A DNA stretch of 64,000 nt from Clostridia bacterium (GCA_034003745.1 JAVEYA010000003.1:40-64039); one strand, 5' to 3'. Shown: positions 27,447-36,623, counted from the first letter of the stretch. Made by a program: numbers and translations. The notes: a model not told the origin generated them from the letters alone.

Positions 27447-27541
27447 AAGCGCCGCAGAAGCAAGGGGACGGTTCCCTTGCTTCCTTTTTCTTTTTTGAAG
27501 CGCCGTAATGAAGCAGAAGAACCGTCCCCTTGCTTCCTTTT
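27447..27541 (+). repeat. tandem duplication (about 52-bp unit) of the terminator region
   Basis: AAGCGCCG...CCTTGCTTCCTTTT occurs twice, starting at 27447 and 27498. The second unit carries CCGTCCCCTTGCTTC, a perfect 15-nt complement of 27457-27471. Confidence 0.6.
27457..27496 (+). terminator. rho-independent terminator of the yedE operon
   Basis: GAAGCAAGGG / CCCTTGCTTC, a 10-bp stem, followed by CTTTTTCTTTTTT. Confidence 0.75.
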
Positions 27542-27623
27542 GTTATATTTTCTATTGCATTTTTCGGCAATAGTATTTAATATGTAGTTTGTGCAATGAT
27601 ATAAGTCAGGAAGTGAAAGGACG

Positions 27624-29558
27624 ATGATAAAGGCTGCTGTGAACAAAGCCGAGGTTTTGGACAGGTGGAACAGGGAAAAGTCAGAAGAATTGTATGGTAT
27701 CAAGAATTGGGGCTCCAATTATTTTGCCATATCCGATAAAGGCGAGGTGTTGGTTAATCCTTATAAGGATAACCCGGACAGCGCCATCAGCCTGATGGAG
27801 ATTATCTCCGGCGTACAGGACCGCGGTCTGGATATGCCGGTTTTGCTGCGCTTTGAGAACATCCTGGATTCACAGATATCTTTTTTGAATAATACTTTTC
27901 GTGAGTCGATGGCTAAGCTGGGCTACCGGGGGGAATACCGCGGCGTATATCCCATCAAGGTCAACCAGCAGCAGCAAGTCATCGAAGAAGTGGCCAAATT
28001 CGGCCAGCGCTATCACCATGGCCTGGAGATCGGCAGCAAGGCGGAGATGATTGCCGCCCTTTCCTTAATGAAAGACAAAGAGGCCTGTCTCATCTGTAAC
28101 GGCTACAAGGACGAAGAATTCATCGATCTGGGCCTTTATGCTATAAAAATGGGCTTTAAGTGTTTCTTTGTCATCGAGATCCCCTGTGAACTAGACCTGC
28201 TGATGGAACGTTCCCAGGCCTTAGGCATCAAGCCGAATATCGGCATCCGCATTAAGCTGGCTTCCCGGGTGGGGGGGCATTGGATGGAATCCAGCGGTGA
28301 CCGCAGCATCTTTGGCCTGAATGTCTCCCAGTTGATCGATATGGTTGATAAACTAAAACAGACCAATATGCTGGATTGTTTGAAGCTCTTGCATTATCAT
28401 CTCGGCTCGCAGATTCCCAACATCCGCGATATCCGTTCAGCCGTGCTCGAGGCCGCCCGCGTTTACGCGGAACTGGTCAAGGAGGGCGCGCCCATGGGCT
28501 ATCTGGACCTGGGCGGCGGCCTGGCGGTGGACTATGACGGCTCCAACACCAATTTTGTCAACAGCCGCAACTATACGGTGGAAGAATACTGTACCGACCT
28601 GATTGAAGCGGTCATGACCACCCTGGACCCCCTGGAGCTGCCGCACCCGGTCATCGTAACCGAATCCGGCCGGGCCATTGTGGCCTATTACTCTATATTG
28701 TTGTTTAATATTCTGGACGTGCAGCGTTTCGAAGAAGAGAAGCTGCCGGATAAACTGCGGGAAGACACTTCCGAGCAGATCCAGAATTTGTTCGATGTCT
28801 ATAAAAGCATTTCCCTGAAGAACATTCAGGAATGCTATAACGACGCGCTCTATTACCGCGACGAGATTCGCGATTTGTTCAAGCATGGGCGGATCAGTCT
28901 GCGGGAGCGCTCTTTTTCCGAGAAAATTTTCTGGAATATCATTCACCGGATTGCCAAGGAAAAACAAAAGCTCAAGCACGCTCCGCCGGATCTGGAAGAT
29001 ATCGAAAGCGCCGTGGCCGATATCTATTACGGCAATATTTCGGTCTTCCAATCCCTCCCGGACAGTTGGGCCATCGATCAGCTTTTTCCAATTATGCCGG
29101 TGCACCGTCTTTTGGAATTACCCAAAAGAAACGCCATCATTGCCGACATTACCTGTGATTGTGACGGCAAAATCGACCGCTTCATCGATTTGCACGACGT
29201 CAGGAATACCCTGCCGCTGCACGAGATGAAGAATGGCGATGCGTATTACCTCGGCGCTTTCCTTGTGGGCGCCTATCAGGAAACCCTGGGCGATTTGCAT
29301 AATCTCTTCGGCGATACCAATGTGGTCAGTGTCCGCGTCCACACGGAGGGCGGCTACGAACTGGTTCGGGAGATTCACGGCGATTCCGTGGCCGATGTCC
29401 TCTCTTATGTGGAATTCGACCCGAAAGACATGCTTGTCCGTTTCCGCGAAACAGCCGAGGAGGCCATCCGCGAAGGAAGAATCAGCGCGAAAGAGCGTCA
29501 GGAAATTATGAAGGCCTTTGACAACGGTTTGCGCGGGTATACCTATTATGAGTATTAA
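27624..29558 (+). CDS. speA: biosynthetic arginine decarboxylase
   Basis: YGIKNWGSNYF...YRGVYPIKVNQQQQVIEEV...HYHLGSQI are colinear with SpeA. The protein is 644 aa. Confidence 0.95.
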   Translation: MIKAAVNKAEVLDRWNREKSEELYGIKNWGSNYFAISDKGEVLVNPYKDNPDSAISLMEIISGVQDRGLDMPVLLRFENILDSQISFLNNTFRESMAKLGYRGEYRGVYPIKVNQQQQVIEEVAKFGQRYHHGLEIGSKAEMIAALSLMKDKEACLICNGYKDEEFIDLGLYAIKMGFKCFFVIEIPCELDLLMERSQALGIKPNIGIRIKLASRVGGHWMESSGDRSIFGLNVSQLIDMVDKLKQTNMLDCLKLLHYHLGSQIPNIRDIRSAVLEAARVYAELVKEGAPMGYLDLGGGLAVDYDGSNTNFVNSRNYTVEEYCTDLIEAVMTTLDPLELPHPVIVTESGRAIVAYYSILLFNILDVQRFEEEKLPDKLREDTSEQIQNLFDVYKSISLKNIQECYNDALYYRDEIRDLFKHGRISLRERSFSEKIFWNIIHRIAKEKQKLKHAPPDLEDIESAVADIYYGNISVFQSLPDSWAIDQLFPIMPVHRLLELPKRNAIIADITCDCDGKIDRFIDLHDVRNTLPLHEMKNGDAYYLGAFLVGAYQETLGDLHNLFGDTNVVSVRVHTEGGYELVREIHGDSVADVLSYVEFDPKDMLVRFRETAEEAIREGRISAKERQEIMKAFDNGLRGYTYYEY

Positions 29559-29613
29559 GAAGCGGTTCCGGTGGCATTACTAATAGCAAAGAATACTGCC
29601 GGAGTTGAAGCGA

Positions 29614-30078
29614 ATGGATACGGAGCAAATCATCAAAAAACTCAACTGGTTTTATTCCCTGGAGAAAAACCAGGTAGAATTGTATCTGGCCCAAAGCAAA
29701 CGAGTCAATGACATATACCTGGAAAAAATGCTCGAGCGTGCTTCCACCATTGAACAGGGGCACGTGGAGAATATTTCCCGCCAAATCGAACGGTTCGGCG
29801 GCACGCCCACGCTGCTGGGCGACGTCGTTTCACCTATCCTGGGCAAAACAGGAGGGCAGCTTACCGCTTCTTTGGGCGTAATTCCGATGCTCAAAGCCGA
29901 TATGCTGCTGGAACAAAAAGCTATGAGCGATTACAAGGACTTTATTATGCGGGTGGGTCACGATGAGGAGCTCTTCGACCTTTTGTGGTCCAACCTGATT
30001 GACGAAGACCTGCATACTTCCTGGTTTGCCGGCAAGATAGAGGAGCTGGAGAATCGGGGCCGCTCCCAACGACACTAA
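29614..30078 (+). CDS. ferritin-like / COQ7-like four-helix-bundle protein
   Basis: The E..H-type helices (LEKNQVELY, EQGHVENI, EQKAMSDY, DEDLHTSW) suggest a di-iron ferritin-like fold. GGAG lies 9 nt before ATG 29614. Confidence 0.55.
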   Translation: MDTEQIIKKLNWFYSLEKNQVELYLAQSKRVNDIYLEKMLERASTIEQGHVENISRQIERFGGTPTLLGDVVSPILGKTGGQLTASLGVIPMLKADMLLEQKAMSDYKDFIMRVGHDEELFDLLWSNLIDEDLHTSWFAGKIEELENRGRSQRH

Positions 30079-30090
30079 AGTAAATGCCCT

Positions 30091-30119
30091 ATCCCGCTGT
30101 CAAACAGCGGGATTTTTTA
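30091..30119 (+). terminator. rho-independent terminator
   Basis: ATCCCGCTG / CAGCGGGAT stem plus TTTTTT. Confidence 0.8.
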
Positions 30120-30195
30120 TTGGAACTAACAGGACAAATATTCGTCAAAAGCTGTATAGTGAATTGCAGTAAGTTTATTTTAATGGAGGTTATTG

Positions 30196-31347
30196 ATGAA
30201 GAGAATATATATTATTCCGATGCTCCTGTTGCTTTTGTTTCTGCTGCCGTCCGCGGCTTTGGCCACAGAGTATAGTCCGGCTTACCGCGTCAAGACCGCG
30301 CTGGATGAAAATAACCCCGGGTATACGGGCCTTACCGTCACCATAACTTTGCCCCGGGGGGAGGATATCAGAGGCGTGGGTCCTACCGGGGCCGCCTATA
30401 ATTATATCGGGCTGGAAACGGCGGACGGGCACAATGTGGAGATTGGTCTCCATAAAGATACATACGATGCGGAGCGCGGCCAGTGGTCTGTCTTTGCCAT
30501 GGCCACGTATCCCGGTGCTTATACCTATTACGGCTCGGAACATCAATGGCATAATTTCCGGAAGATGTACAGACCGGACGGACCAGACCTCGTCTTCCCG
30601 GATGGCAGCGTCCTGACAATGGCTTTGGAAGTAACCGCCCCCAATGAAGTCACCTTCACGGTTACAGGACAGGAACCGGTCCGGTTGGTCCTGCCGGGAG
30701 CTGAGCCCCACGGAACAGGTCAGATCTTTCGTCGGGTGACCAGCCTGATGAGCGATGATGCGCTCGGATACAGCAAAAACAATCTTTGGCAAGATATGAA
30801 AATAAAAAAAGCCGGGGAGTCCTGGCAGGAGTGGCTGCCTTCCGCTTTGGAGACCCTGCGCTCGAATAATATGGATAAAGGCGATCCGCGTAAAAACTGG
30901 ATAGCGGTACGATCGGGTAAAAAGCCTTTCCCGGAGAATATAGACATCATTATGCGGGAAAAACCCTCATCCAGCAGCAGTTTTAAAGTAGGGGCGCTGG
31001 AGTACTGCGTCGACGGTGAAACCAGGACAGCGGACGCCGGCCCGTTAATTGAAGGGAACAGGGTCTACCTGCCGGTCCGTTTTCTAGGCTATGCCTGTGG
31101 TATCCAGGAAAATGAGATTTACTGGGACGATCAGAGTAAAAGCGCAACCCTCACTGCGCAGGGGAGTACGATCAGGCTGACCATCGGCCAACCTTGGCTC
31201 GATGTAAATAATGAAATCCAGCCGATTGATGCCGTACCCCTTTTGCAAGAAGGCAGGGCCTATCTCCCGGCGCGTTTTGTAGCCGAAGCCCTGGGCTATT
31301 ATGTGGAGTGGAACCCGGAGGGACAGACGGTATTCATTTGGTCTTGA
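30196..31347 (+). CDS. secreted protein with a C-terminal Cu-amine-oxidase-N (stalk) domain
   Basis: The signal peptide ends in ..SAALA. The C-terminal region (VYLPVRFLGYACG...AYLPARFVAEALGYYVEW) is the copper amine oxidase N-terminal-like repeat domain. The N-domain is not recognised. Confidence 0.8.
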   Translation: MKRIYIIPMLLLLLFLLPSAALATEYSPAYRVKTALDENNPGYTGLTVTITLPRGEDIRGVGPTGAAYNYIGLETADGHNVEIGLHKDTYDAERGQWSVFAMATYPGAYTYYGSEHQWHNFRKMYRPDGPDLVFPDGSVLTMALEVTAPNEVTFTVTGQEPVRLVLPGAEPHGTGQIFRRVTSLMSDDALGYSKNNLWQDMKIKKAGESWQEWLPSALETLRSNNMDKGDPRKNWIAVRSGKKPFPENIDIIMREKPSSSSSFKVGALEYCVDGETRTADAGPLIEGNRVYLPVRFLGYACGIQENEIYWDDQSKSATLTAQGSTIRLTIGQPWLDVNNEIQPIDAVPLLQEGRAYLPARFVAEALGYYVEWNPEGQTVFIWS

Positions 31348-31412
31348 GGCTGATTTGCTGCGCGTGGCAACGAAGGGGCAGATGTGTTATATTGGAGAAG
31401 AGGTGATCGAAA

Positions 31413-32183
31413 ATGCAATATCAATGTTTAATTTACGAAAAGGATGCGGACATTGCCCGGATTACGCTAAATACCCCCAAGTCCCTAAACGCGCTGGGTC
31501 TGACAATGGTCAAAGAATTATTGGAAGTTTTAGAGGATGCAGGGAAGGACAGCGCAATCAAAGTTATTGTCCTGGCCGGCACAGGAAAAGCCTTTTCCGC
31601 GGGCGGGGATGTCGCTTTGATGGAACAGGGCCTCAGCGCCAATGACGCCAGGGCATGGATTGACGATATCGGTAAGGTCATCCTTGGTATCGCGTCCATG
31701 GAAAAGCTGGTAATCGCGTCTGTCAGCGGTATCGCTTACGGGGCGGGATGCAACTTGGCTCTGGCCTGCGATTTTATTGCAGCCAGTGAAGAGTCTAAGT
31801 TTTGTGAGGTTTTTGCCAATATTGGATTAGTGCCTGACGGGGGAGGAACCTATCTCTTACCGCGTTTAATCGGTTTGGCCCGGGCCAGGGAACTGCTCTT
31901 CACGGCAAGGGCAATCACCGCGCAGGAAGCCAAGGATATCGGCATGATTCAATATGTCGTGCCGGGGAATGAATTAGCCGATTTTGTCCGGGAACTGGCG
32001 CAAAAACTGGCGAAGACCTCTTCGCCGGCAACCGGTATAACCAAGAAACTGTTATTCCAGGGATTTGTGCAGGACTTTGGACAGGCTTTAGATAAAGAAG
32101 CCGTTTTTCAAAGTCTTTGTATGGAAACCGAGGAACATAAGAAAAGAATCAAAGACTTTTTTGATAAGAAGAAAAAGAATTAA
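31413..32183 (+). CDS. enoyl-CoA hydratase/isomerase (crotonase family)
   Basis: ITLNTPKSLNAL...GKAFSAGGD...AYGAGCNLALACD is the crotonase oxyanion-hole pattern. Confidence 0.9.
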   Translation: MQYQCLIYEKDADIARITLNTPKSLNALGLTMVKELLEVLEDAGKDSAIKVIVLAGTGKAFSAGGDVALMEQGLSANDARAWIDDIGKVILGIASMEKLVIASVSGIAYGAGCNLALACDFIAASEESKFCEVFANIGLVPDGGGTYLLPRLIGLARARELLFTARAITAQEAKDIGMIQYVVPGNELADFVRELAQKLAKTSSPATGITKKLLFQGFVQDFGQALDKEAVFQSLCMETEEHKKRIKDFFDKKKKN

Positions 32184-32301
32184 CAAAACCATAAATCTCG
32201 TCAATAAATCTATAAAAATGCCGCCGATTACGGCGGCATTGCTGTAATGATTCAGGCTCCAACGGTACTAAATATACAGTGATATTTTTACCGGAGGAGG
32301 C

Positions 32302-32715
32302 TTGAATAAATTGCCGCAAGCCATAGATACCGACTGCATGAATCTAAAACTAATCTATAACTTTACATACCGGCTTACCGGGAATATCCGCATTGCCGAA
32401 ACGCTTATCCGGGAGACGGTGTCAAGTTCTCCCGAGACGCTGGATAATGAGCAGGCCTTATTAAAGCTGGTCTGGCGCAGATTTTTGTTTTGCTATGGCA
32501 ATGTCTCTTTTACTGCCAAGGAAGAACTGCAGCAGTTCCTGTTGGAGCTGGCTCCGGAGATACGCGCCGTTCTGATCCTGCGTGATATCCTCGGCCTCTC
32601 CGTTTCGCAGATCTCCGCCATCACCGGTTCTCCTGAAGACGAAATCTTGCCGCTCTTGGCTGCCGGCCGGCGTAATCTCAGCCGCAAAAAGAAGCCGGCG
32701 CGAATTACCGCTTAA
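32302..32715 (+). CDS. short, divergent sigma-70/ECF-like protein
   Basis: The region-4-like HTH is LAPEIRAVLILRDILGLSVSQISAITGSPEDEILPLLAAGRRNL. The region 2 (LIYNFTYRLTGNIRIAETLIRE) is degenerate. The start is uncertain: TTG 32302, TTG 32311 or ATG 32338. Confidence 0.6.
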   Translation: MNKLPQAIDTDCMNLKLIYNFTYRLTGNIRIAETLIRETVSSSPETLDNEQALLKLVWRRFLFCYGNVSFTAKEELQQFLLELAPEIRAVLILRDILGLSVSQISAITGSPEDEILPLLAAGRRNLSRKKKPARITA

Positions 32716-32800
32716 AAAGATTAAGAAAGTATTCATATTTGCGGATAGGAATCGGCTTTCCTTATACCGAAGTAAGAAATAATAGGTATGGAGGAAAGCT

Positions 32801-33319
32801 ATGCACAGAATCAGAGAATTATATGAATTATATAACCAGGCGGTCTTCCGTTACTTTCTGCGGATGACCGGGAACCGGGACGAAGCGGCGGAGCTGACCC
32901 AGGAGACCTTTTACCAGGCCTGCCTGTCCGTCCTGCGCTTCCGGAAGCAGTCTTCCCTGAAGACATGGCTTTACTCTATTGCCCGTAATGTTTATTTGAA
33001 AAGTTTGCGCAATAAGGGCAAGCCTCACGCGCTTAGCCCTGCTGAAAGTGAAACTTTCGGCTTTGAGCCGGCAGGGGGAGACAATCCCGCCGACGTGCTG
33101 ATTCTCAAGGAAGAGCGGGACAGAGTGCGTGAAGCGCTGACCCGTTTGCCGGAGAATTACCGCAGTATCCTGATTCTCAAGGAGTTTGAGCAGATGACCA
33201 ATGAAGAAATCGCCGGGATTTTCGACCAAACCCCCAACTGGGTCAGAGTGACTTTCTTTCGGGCCAAGCGCCAGTTGGGGGAGATTTATCGGAACTTGGA
33301 GGGTGATGACCAGTGTTAA
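32801..33319 (+). CDS. ECF-type RNA polymerase sigma factor
   Basis: Region 2 is FRYFLRMTGNRDEAAELTQETF...TWLYSIARN. Region 4 is LPENYRSILILKEFEQMTNEEIAGIF. Confidence 0.9.
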   Translation: MHRIRELYELYNQAVFRYFLRMTGNRDEAAELTQETFYQACLSVLRFRKQSSLKTWLYSIARNVYLKSLRNKGKPHALSPAESETFGFEPAGGDNPADVLILKEERDRVREALTRLPENYRSILILKEFEQMTNEEIAGIFDQTPNWVRVTFFRAKRQLGEIYRNLEGDDQC

Positions 33320-34800
33320 GCCAAGAATGTAAATACATCCGTGAGTTGTTGCCCTTATATGCGGAGAAGCTGACCGCCCCGGACGTGACCGCCGCTATCG
33401 AAGCGCATTTGTCCCACTGCACGGCGTGCCGCGAGGAATGGGATATTTTGCTGCGGAATCTGCCGGACCCTCTGCCGCCGGACCAGGAGACCGCCTCTTT
33501 GGACAAAGGCTTCTCCGCGATCTTTCTAAAGCTGAGAAAAACAGTGGCCGTAGCCGTTCTCTTGCTGGCCGTCAGCGGGGCGGGATTGGCCTACGCTTCC
33601 TATAACGCGGGCAAGAACATCGGCCTGGACGACCCGGCCTGGCGATTTGCCCAGGAATTGGGCCTGTTCACGGAAATTAACGAGACCAAAGCCTTCGGGG
33701 AGCTGCAGGTTACTTTGGACAAAGGCCTCTTCGACAGCACCCGCAGCGTGATTTTCCTCAGGCTGTCCGGAGCGGGAGCACAGATGCCCCAGGTCAGTCT
33801 GACGGACGACGCCGGCAATACCTATGAGCAAAGAAGCGGCCGCGGCTGGCGAAACCGATATTTCATGCTGGAATTTGAGCCCCTGCATTTGGAGACCGAG
33901 CAGGTTCATGTTAACCTGGCCGCGACAAAAGAGGCTGCAGCCGATTTCACCGTTCCGGTAGATGTGCTCAAGACCGCCCAATATACGACCATCGTTTATC
34001 CCCACCAGGTCAAGGATCTGCCTGAATTGAAAATAACCTTGGAAAAGGCGGTGCTGAGCGTCAGCGAAACCCAATACCGCCTTAAGTTTGACTGGCCCAT
34101 GGACTACTCGGTGGCCGGCTTGGGGGTGGGCAAGGGCGCAGCCTATTTTCCCACTTCCATTGTGCAAGCCTCGGAGACGCCGCCGCCGGGCGGGATGCTT
34201 GCGCCCGGCGGGCTGCGGAGCGGCTATGCTTCAGCCGTTGGTCTCGGTTATAGAATGGACCAGCCCCCCGGCCACCGTCCGGCCTTGTATGATTTGACGG
34301 CAAAGCAGGAAGTTCAGGTGGAAATGGGGGAATACAAGACAACGGAGTTTCCCTGCCAGGTGACGGCCATCCTGAAATTTGCTCCGGTCCCGCAGGACAC
34401 CAGACAGCTGGAATTGATACTGCCGGCGATTTATCTCTATAAGGAAGCGAAAGGGAAGCCGTTTGTGAAGCTGGATTTCCGCGAAAGGAACGAGCTGGTC
34501 CTGAATAAAACGCTTCCGGCTGCTTCCGGACGGATCATTGTGCGGAAAGCCTGGCTGGAAGAAGGAACACTTAATCTGCAATATGCCCTGGAATCCTTAG
34601 AACAGCCCGAAACGCTGCTGCCTCATTTTGAACTGCTGGATGCCGCCGGCATGAAAAAAGGCACGGCCCATTTTGATACCGGACAGGAAAATACGGTTGT
34701 TTTTTATCTGTATGAGCAAGAAGCGCGGCAGTTCAAGCTGACGCTGGATGCCCTGGGCCGCCTGTCGCCCCCGGAGAAATTCACGCTGACGCTGGATTGA
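33313..34800 (+). CDS. anti-sigma factor (zf-HC2) with one TM segment and a large extracytoplasmic domain
   Basis: The N-terminal H-x3-C-x2-C motif is HLSHCTACREEW. The TM segment is VAVAVLLLAVSGAGLAYA. It overlaps the sigma gene by 7 nt. Confidence 0.8.
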   Translation: MLSQECKYIRELLPLYAEKLTAPDVTAAIEAHLSHCTACREEWDILLRNLPDPLPPDQETASLDKGFSAIFLKLRKTVAVAVLLLAVSGAGLAYASYNAGKNIGLDDPAWRFAQELGLFTEINETKAFGELQVTLDKGLFDSTRSVIFLRLSGAGAQMPQVSLTDDAGNTYEQRSGRGWRNRYFMLEFEPLHLETEQVHVNLAATKEAAADFTVPVDVLKTAQYTTIVYPHQVKDLPELKITLEKAVLSVSETQYRLKFDWPMDYSVAGLGVGKGAAYFPTSIVQASETPPPGGMLAPGGLRSGYASAVGLGYRMDQPPGHRPALYDLTAKQEVQVEMGEYKTTEFPCQVTAILKFAPVPQDTRQLELILPAIYLYKEAKGKPFVKLDFRERNELVLNKTLPAASGRIIVRKAWLEEGTLNLQYALESLEQPETLLPHFELLDAAGMKKGTAHFDTGQENTVVFYLYEQEARQFKLTLDALGRLSPPEKFTLTLD

Positions 34801-34828
34801 TTCTGCGTGGAGTTAATGGAGGATAGAA

Positions 34829-36352
34829 ATGTTACCCAAGATAATGCTATCAATCCTGCTGACCGCCTGTTTAACTATTACCATTACAGGTTGTGACAGC
34901 AATGAACAGGCCGGACAGGCCGGTAATACGCCCTCTGTGCAGGAGAGTGGAATTTCTGCCGGAGCAGAACAGCCTCCGCCGGAACAGCCCGCGGAAACCG
35001 GGGAAATAGCGGGGGAGGCGCCAAGCCTTCCGCAGCAGGATGTTCCTGAGCCAAGCACGCCGGCAACGGCGGGAGAGCAGCCTGCGGCAGTCAAACCTTC
35101 ACGGCATGTCCGGGAGGTCTATGTACCCCTCCTGGAAAATCACCCGCTGCACCGCAGCGGGGAATTGAGCCCGGATGACCGTTATTATGCCTATGAAGAG
35201 AGAAGCAGTCTGATTCTGGTCCGTATGCCTACGGCTGAGGAATATAAAGCCGACGGTTTATGCCTTCCCCAGGTGCTGTTTACAGACGGCAGAAGGAATA
35301 TGCAAGCTTTCAAGGATATAGAAGAGGACTATGCCCGCCGCCTCAGAGAACCCCGCCTGACGCTGGATGAACTGACCGTGGCCAGAAACAGCCTGCGCTC
35401 CGTTTATGACTGGAACGTCTATTTCAGTCCGAAATTCAGCGCGGATAGCCGTTATCTGGCGTATCTCCATGAAAACGGTTTTGGCCAAAGCCGGATGAGT
35501 ACGCTTTTTGTTGTCGATCTGGCCGACAATGTCCGGGTTTATACGCTGGCGCTGGAAGAAAGCGGGGAATACGCTGAAGTTGCCTGGCGGGAAGACAACA
35601 TGACATTGGAAATTTATCTTCCTTATGCTGAGCCGATTGAGCAGGGGTATCTGGCCCTGCGCCGGCAGTGGCATCTTCCTTCCGGCGAGGTTCAGGCGGT
35701 CTACTATAATGCGGATACCGGTCAGCAGGTATCCCTGGACGGGGCGGAGCAGGCTATAACCGCGTATAAGCAAATAGAAGCGGAAGCGAAGCGGGAGGAG
35801 GAAGAAATGCTTGGCCTTACGGTCGAGGAGCGGGTTGCCGGATTAACGCCGGAAGAGTTGGCTGACGCGTATGCCCAGTACTTTACGCTGTATCCTGAAC
35901 AAATCATGGAACTGGAGGAGAGGGACTACAGCAGTGAGGCTATCTCCGGGATGGACAGCGCCGACTTTGAAAAAGTGTCGTATAGCTGGCTTTTAAGCGA
36001 GGATAGCATCCGCGATATGAAAAATATATATGCTGATTTAAAAAATGAGGATTTATCCCAGTGGACTTACCAGGATGCCGAGGAGTACGGCAGACTGATG
36101 ACCCGGGCGCAAAACGCGCCGCCGGAGAAAATACGGCAGGAGATACTGGCTCGGCAGCTGCCTTTTGACTTGGATTGGAGTATTGCTAAAGAGTTTCATG
36201 GCTGGGAGAATATGCTGGCCTATACAAACGAAGCGATTGTGGCTCTGTACGAATCCTGGCAGGAAACGTCAGCGCTCTTTCAGACGGAAGAAGCCTACCG
36301 TCAGGCGATCCGTTACGCTTACTTAGAGCGAAAAAACGGTACGAGACAGTAA
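34829..36352 (+). CDS. lipoprotein of unknown function with a Pro/Glu/Ala-rich linker
   Basis: The lipobox is ITITGC, followed by a low-complexity PEQP-rich linker and then a 400-aa domain I do not recognise. Confidence 0.7.
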   Translation: MLPKIMLSILLTACLTITITGCDSNEQAGQAGNTPSVQESGISAGAEQPPPEQPAETGEIAGEAPSLPQQDVPEPSTPATAGEQPAAVKPSRHVREVYVPLLENHPLHRSGELSPDDRYYAYEERSSLILVRMPTAEEYKADGLCLPQVLFTDGRRNMQAFKDIEEDYARRLREPRLTLDELTVARNSLRSVYDWNVYFSPKFSADSRYLAYLHENGFGQSRMSTLFVVDLADNVRVYTLALEESGEYAEVAWREDNMTLEIYLPYAEPIEQGYLALRRQWHLPSGEVQAVYYNADTGQQVSLDGAEQAITAYKQIEAEAKREEEEMLGLTVEERVAGLTPEELADAYAQYFTLYPEQIMELEERDYSSEAISGMDSADFEKVSYSWLLSEDSIRDMKNIYADLKNEDLSQWTYQDAEEYGRLMTRAQNAPPEKIRQEILARQLPFDLDWSIAKEFHGWENMLAYTNEAIVALYESWQETSALFQTEEAYRQAIRYAYLERKNGTRQ

Positions 36353-36385
36353 GATAAAAGATCTATTTGGATTTTAATTAATGGA

Positions 36386-36414
36386 TTGACATAATCATCC
36401 GCATAGTTTATTAT
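36386..36414 (+). promoter_or_regulatory. sigma-70 promoter of the TRAP transporter leader
   Basis: TTGACA - 17 nt - TATTAT. Confidence 0.55.
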
Positions 36415-36420
36415 GTTGTT

Positions 36421-36600
36421 TTGTAGTATAGTGACTGGGTAGTCAAGCAGAAACGGTAGTACAGCGGTAAGTTTTATTTTAAAAGCAGGGCAGTAGAACG
36501 GTAGGAAATAAGGATGTAACTCACGGGCAAAGTATGTCCGTGTGTATACAGTTGTACTTAAAACTCCTATCAGGGAGTTTTTTTATTTTACTGCCCCAAA
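36421..36600 (+). promoter_or_regulatory. about 200-nt structured 5' leader (unclassified) with a terminator-like hairpin and anti-SD potential
   Basis: YGGTAG-like motifs repeat at 36436-36507. There is a hairpin CACGG..CCGTG at 36522-36542. AAAACTCC/GGAGTTTT plus a T-run lies at 36560-36590. GGGCAGTA (36488) and TACTGCCC (36589) can pair over a long range. Confidence 0.45.
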
Positions 36601-36623
36601 AAACAAAAAAAGGGGAGTTGAAA

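Noticed and set aside
27447-27541. Possible CRISPR array
   Set aside because: There are only two imperfect repeat units with no spacers of unique sequence and no cas genes. The structure is a duplicated terminator.
30190-30792. 200-aa minus-strand ORF overlapping the 5' half of the secreted stalk-domain protein
   Set aside because: It is antisense to a gene with a clear signal peptide and domain, and it has no motif, RBS or terminator of its own. The same reasoning applies to the antisense or out-of-frame ORFs 28437-29105, 14765-15430, 33526-34167, 23692-24261, 35258-35773, 47109-47657, 49977-50561, 59187-59768, 10838-11377, 11382-11900, 11936-12493, 5736-6287, 4542-5075, 21448-21942, 54618-55115 and 57354-57932.
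32217-32240. Hairpin AATGCCGCCG-ATTA-CGGCGGCATT after the enoyl-CoA hydratase gene as a terminator
   Set aside because: It is a perfect 10-bp stem, but no U-tract follows on the plus strand; the T-run is only on the minus strand, where no gene needs it. I left it unannotated as uncertain.
36436-36507. TRAP-protein (trp RNA-binding attenuation protein)-style (G/U)AG triplet array in the dctP leader
   Set aside because: The TAG/GAG triplets are not spaced at the regular 2-3 nt intervals, nor present in the roughly 9-11 copies, that known TRAP-binding sites need. The repeats are noted only as unexplained motifs within the leader finding.
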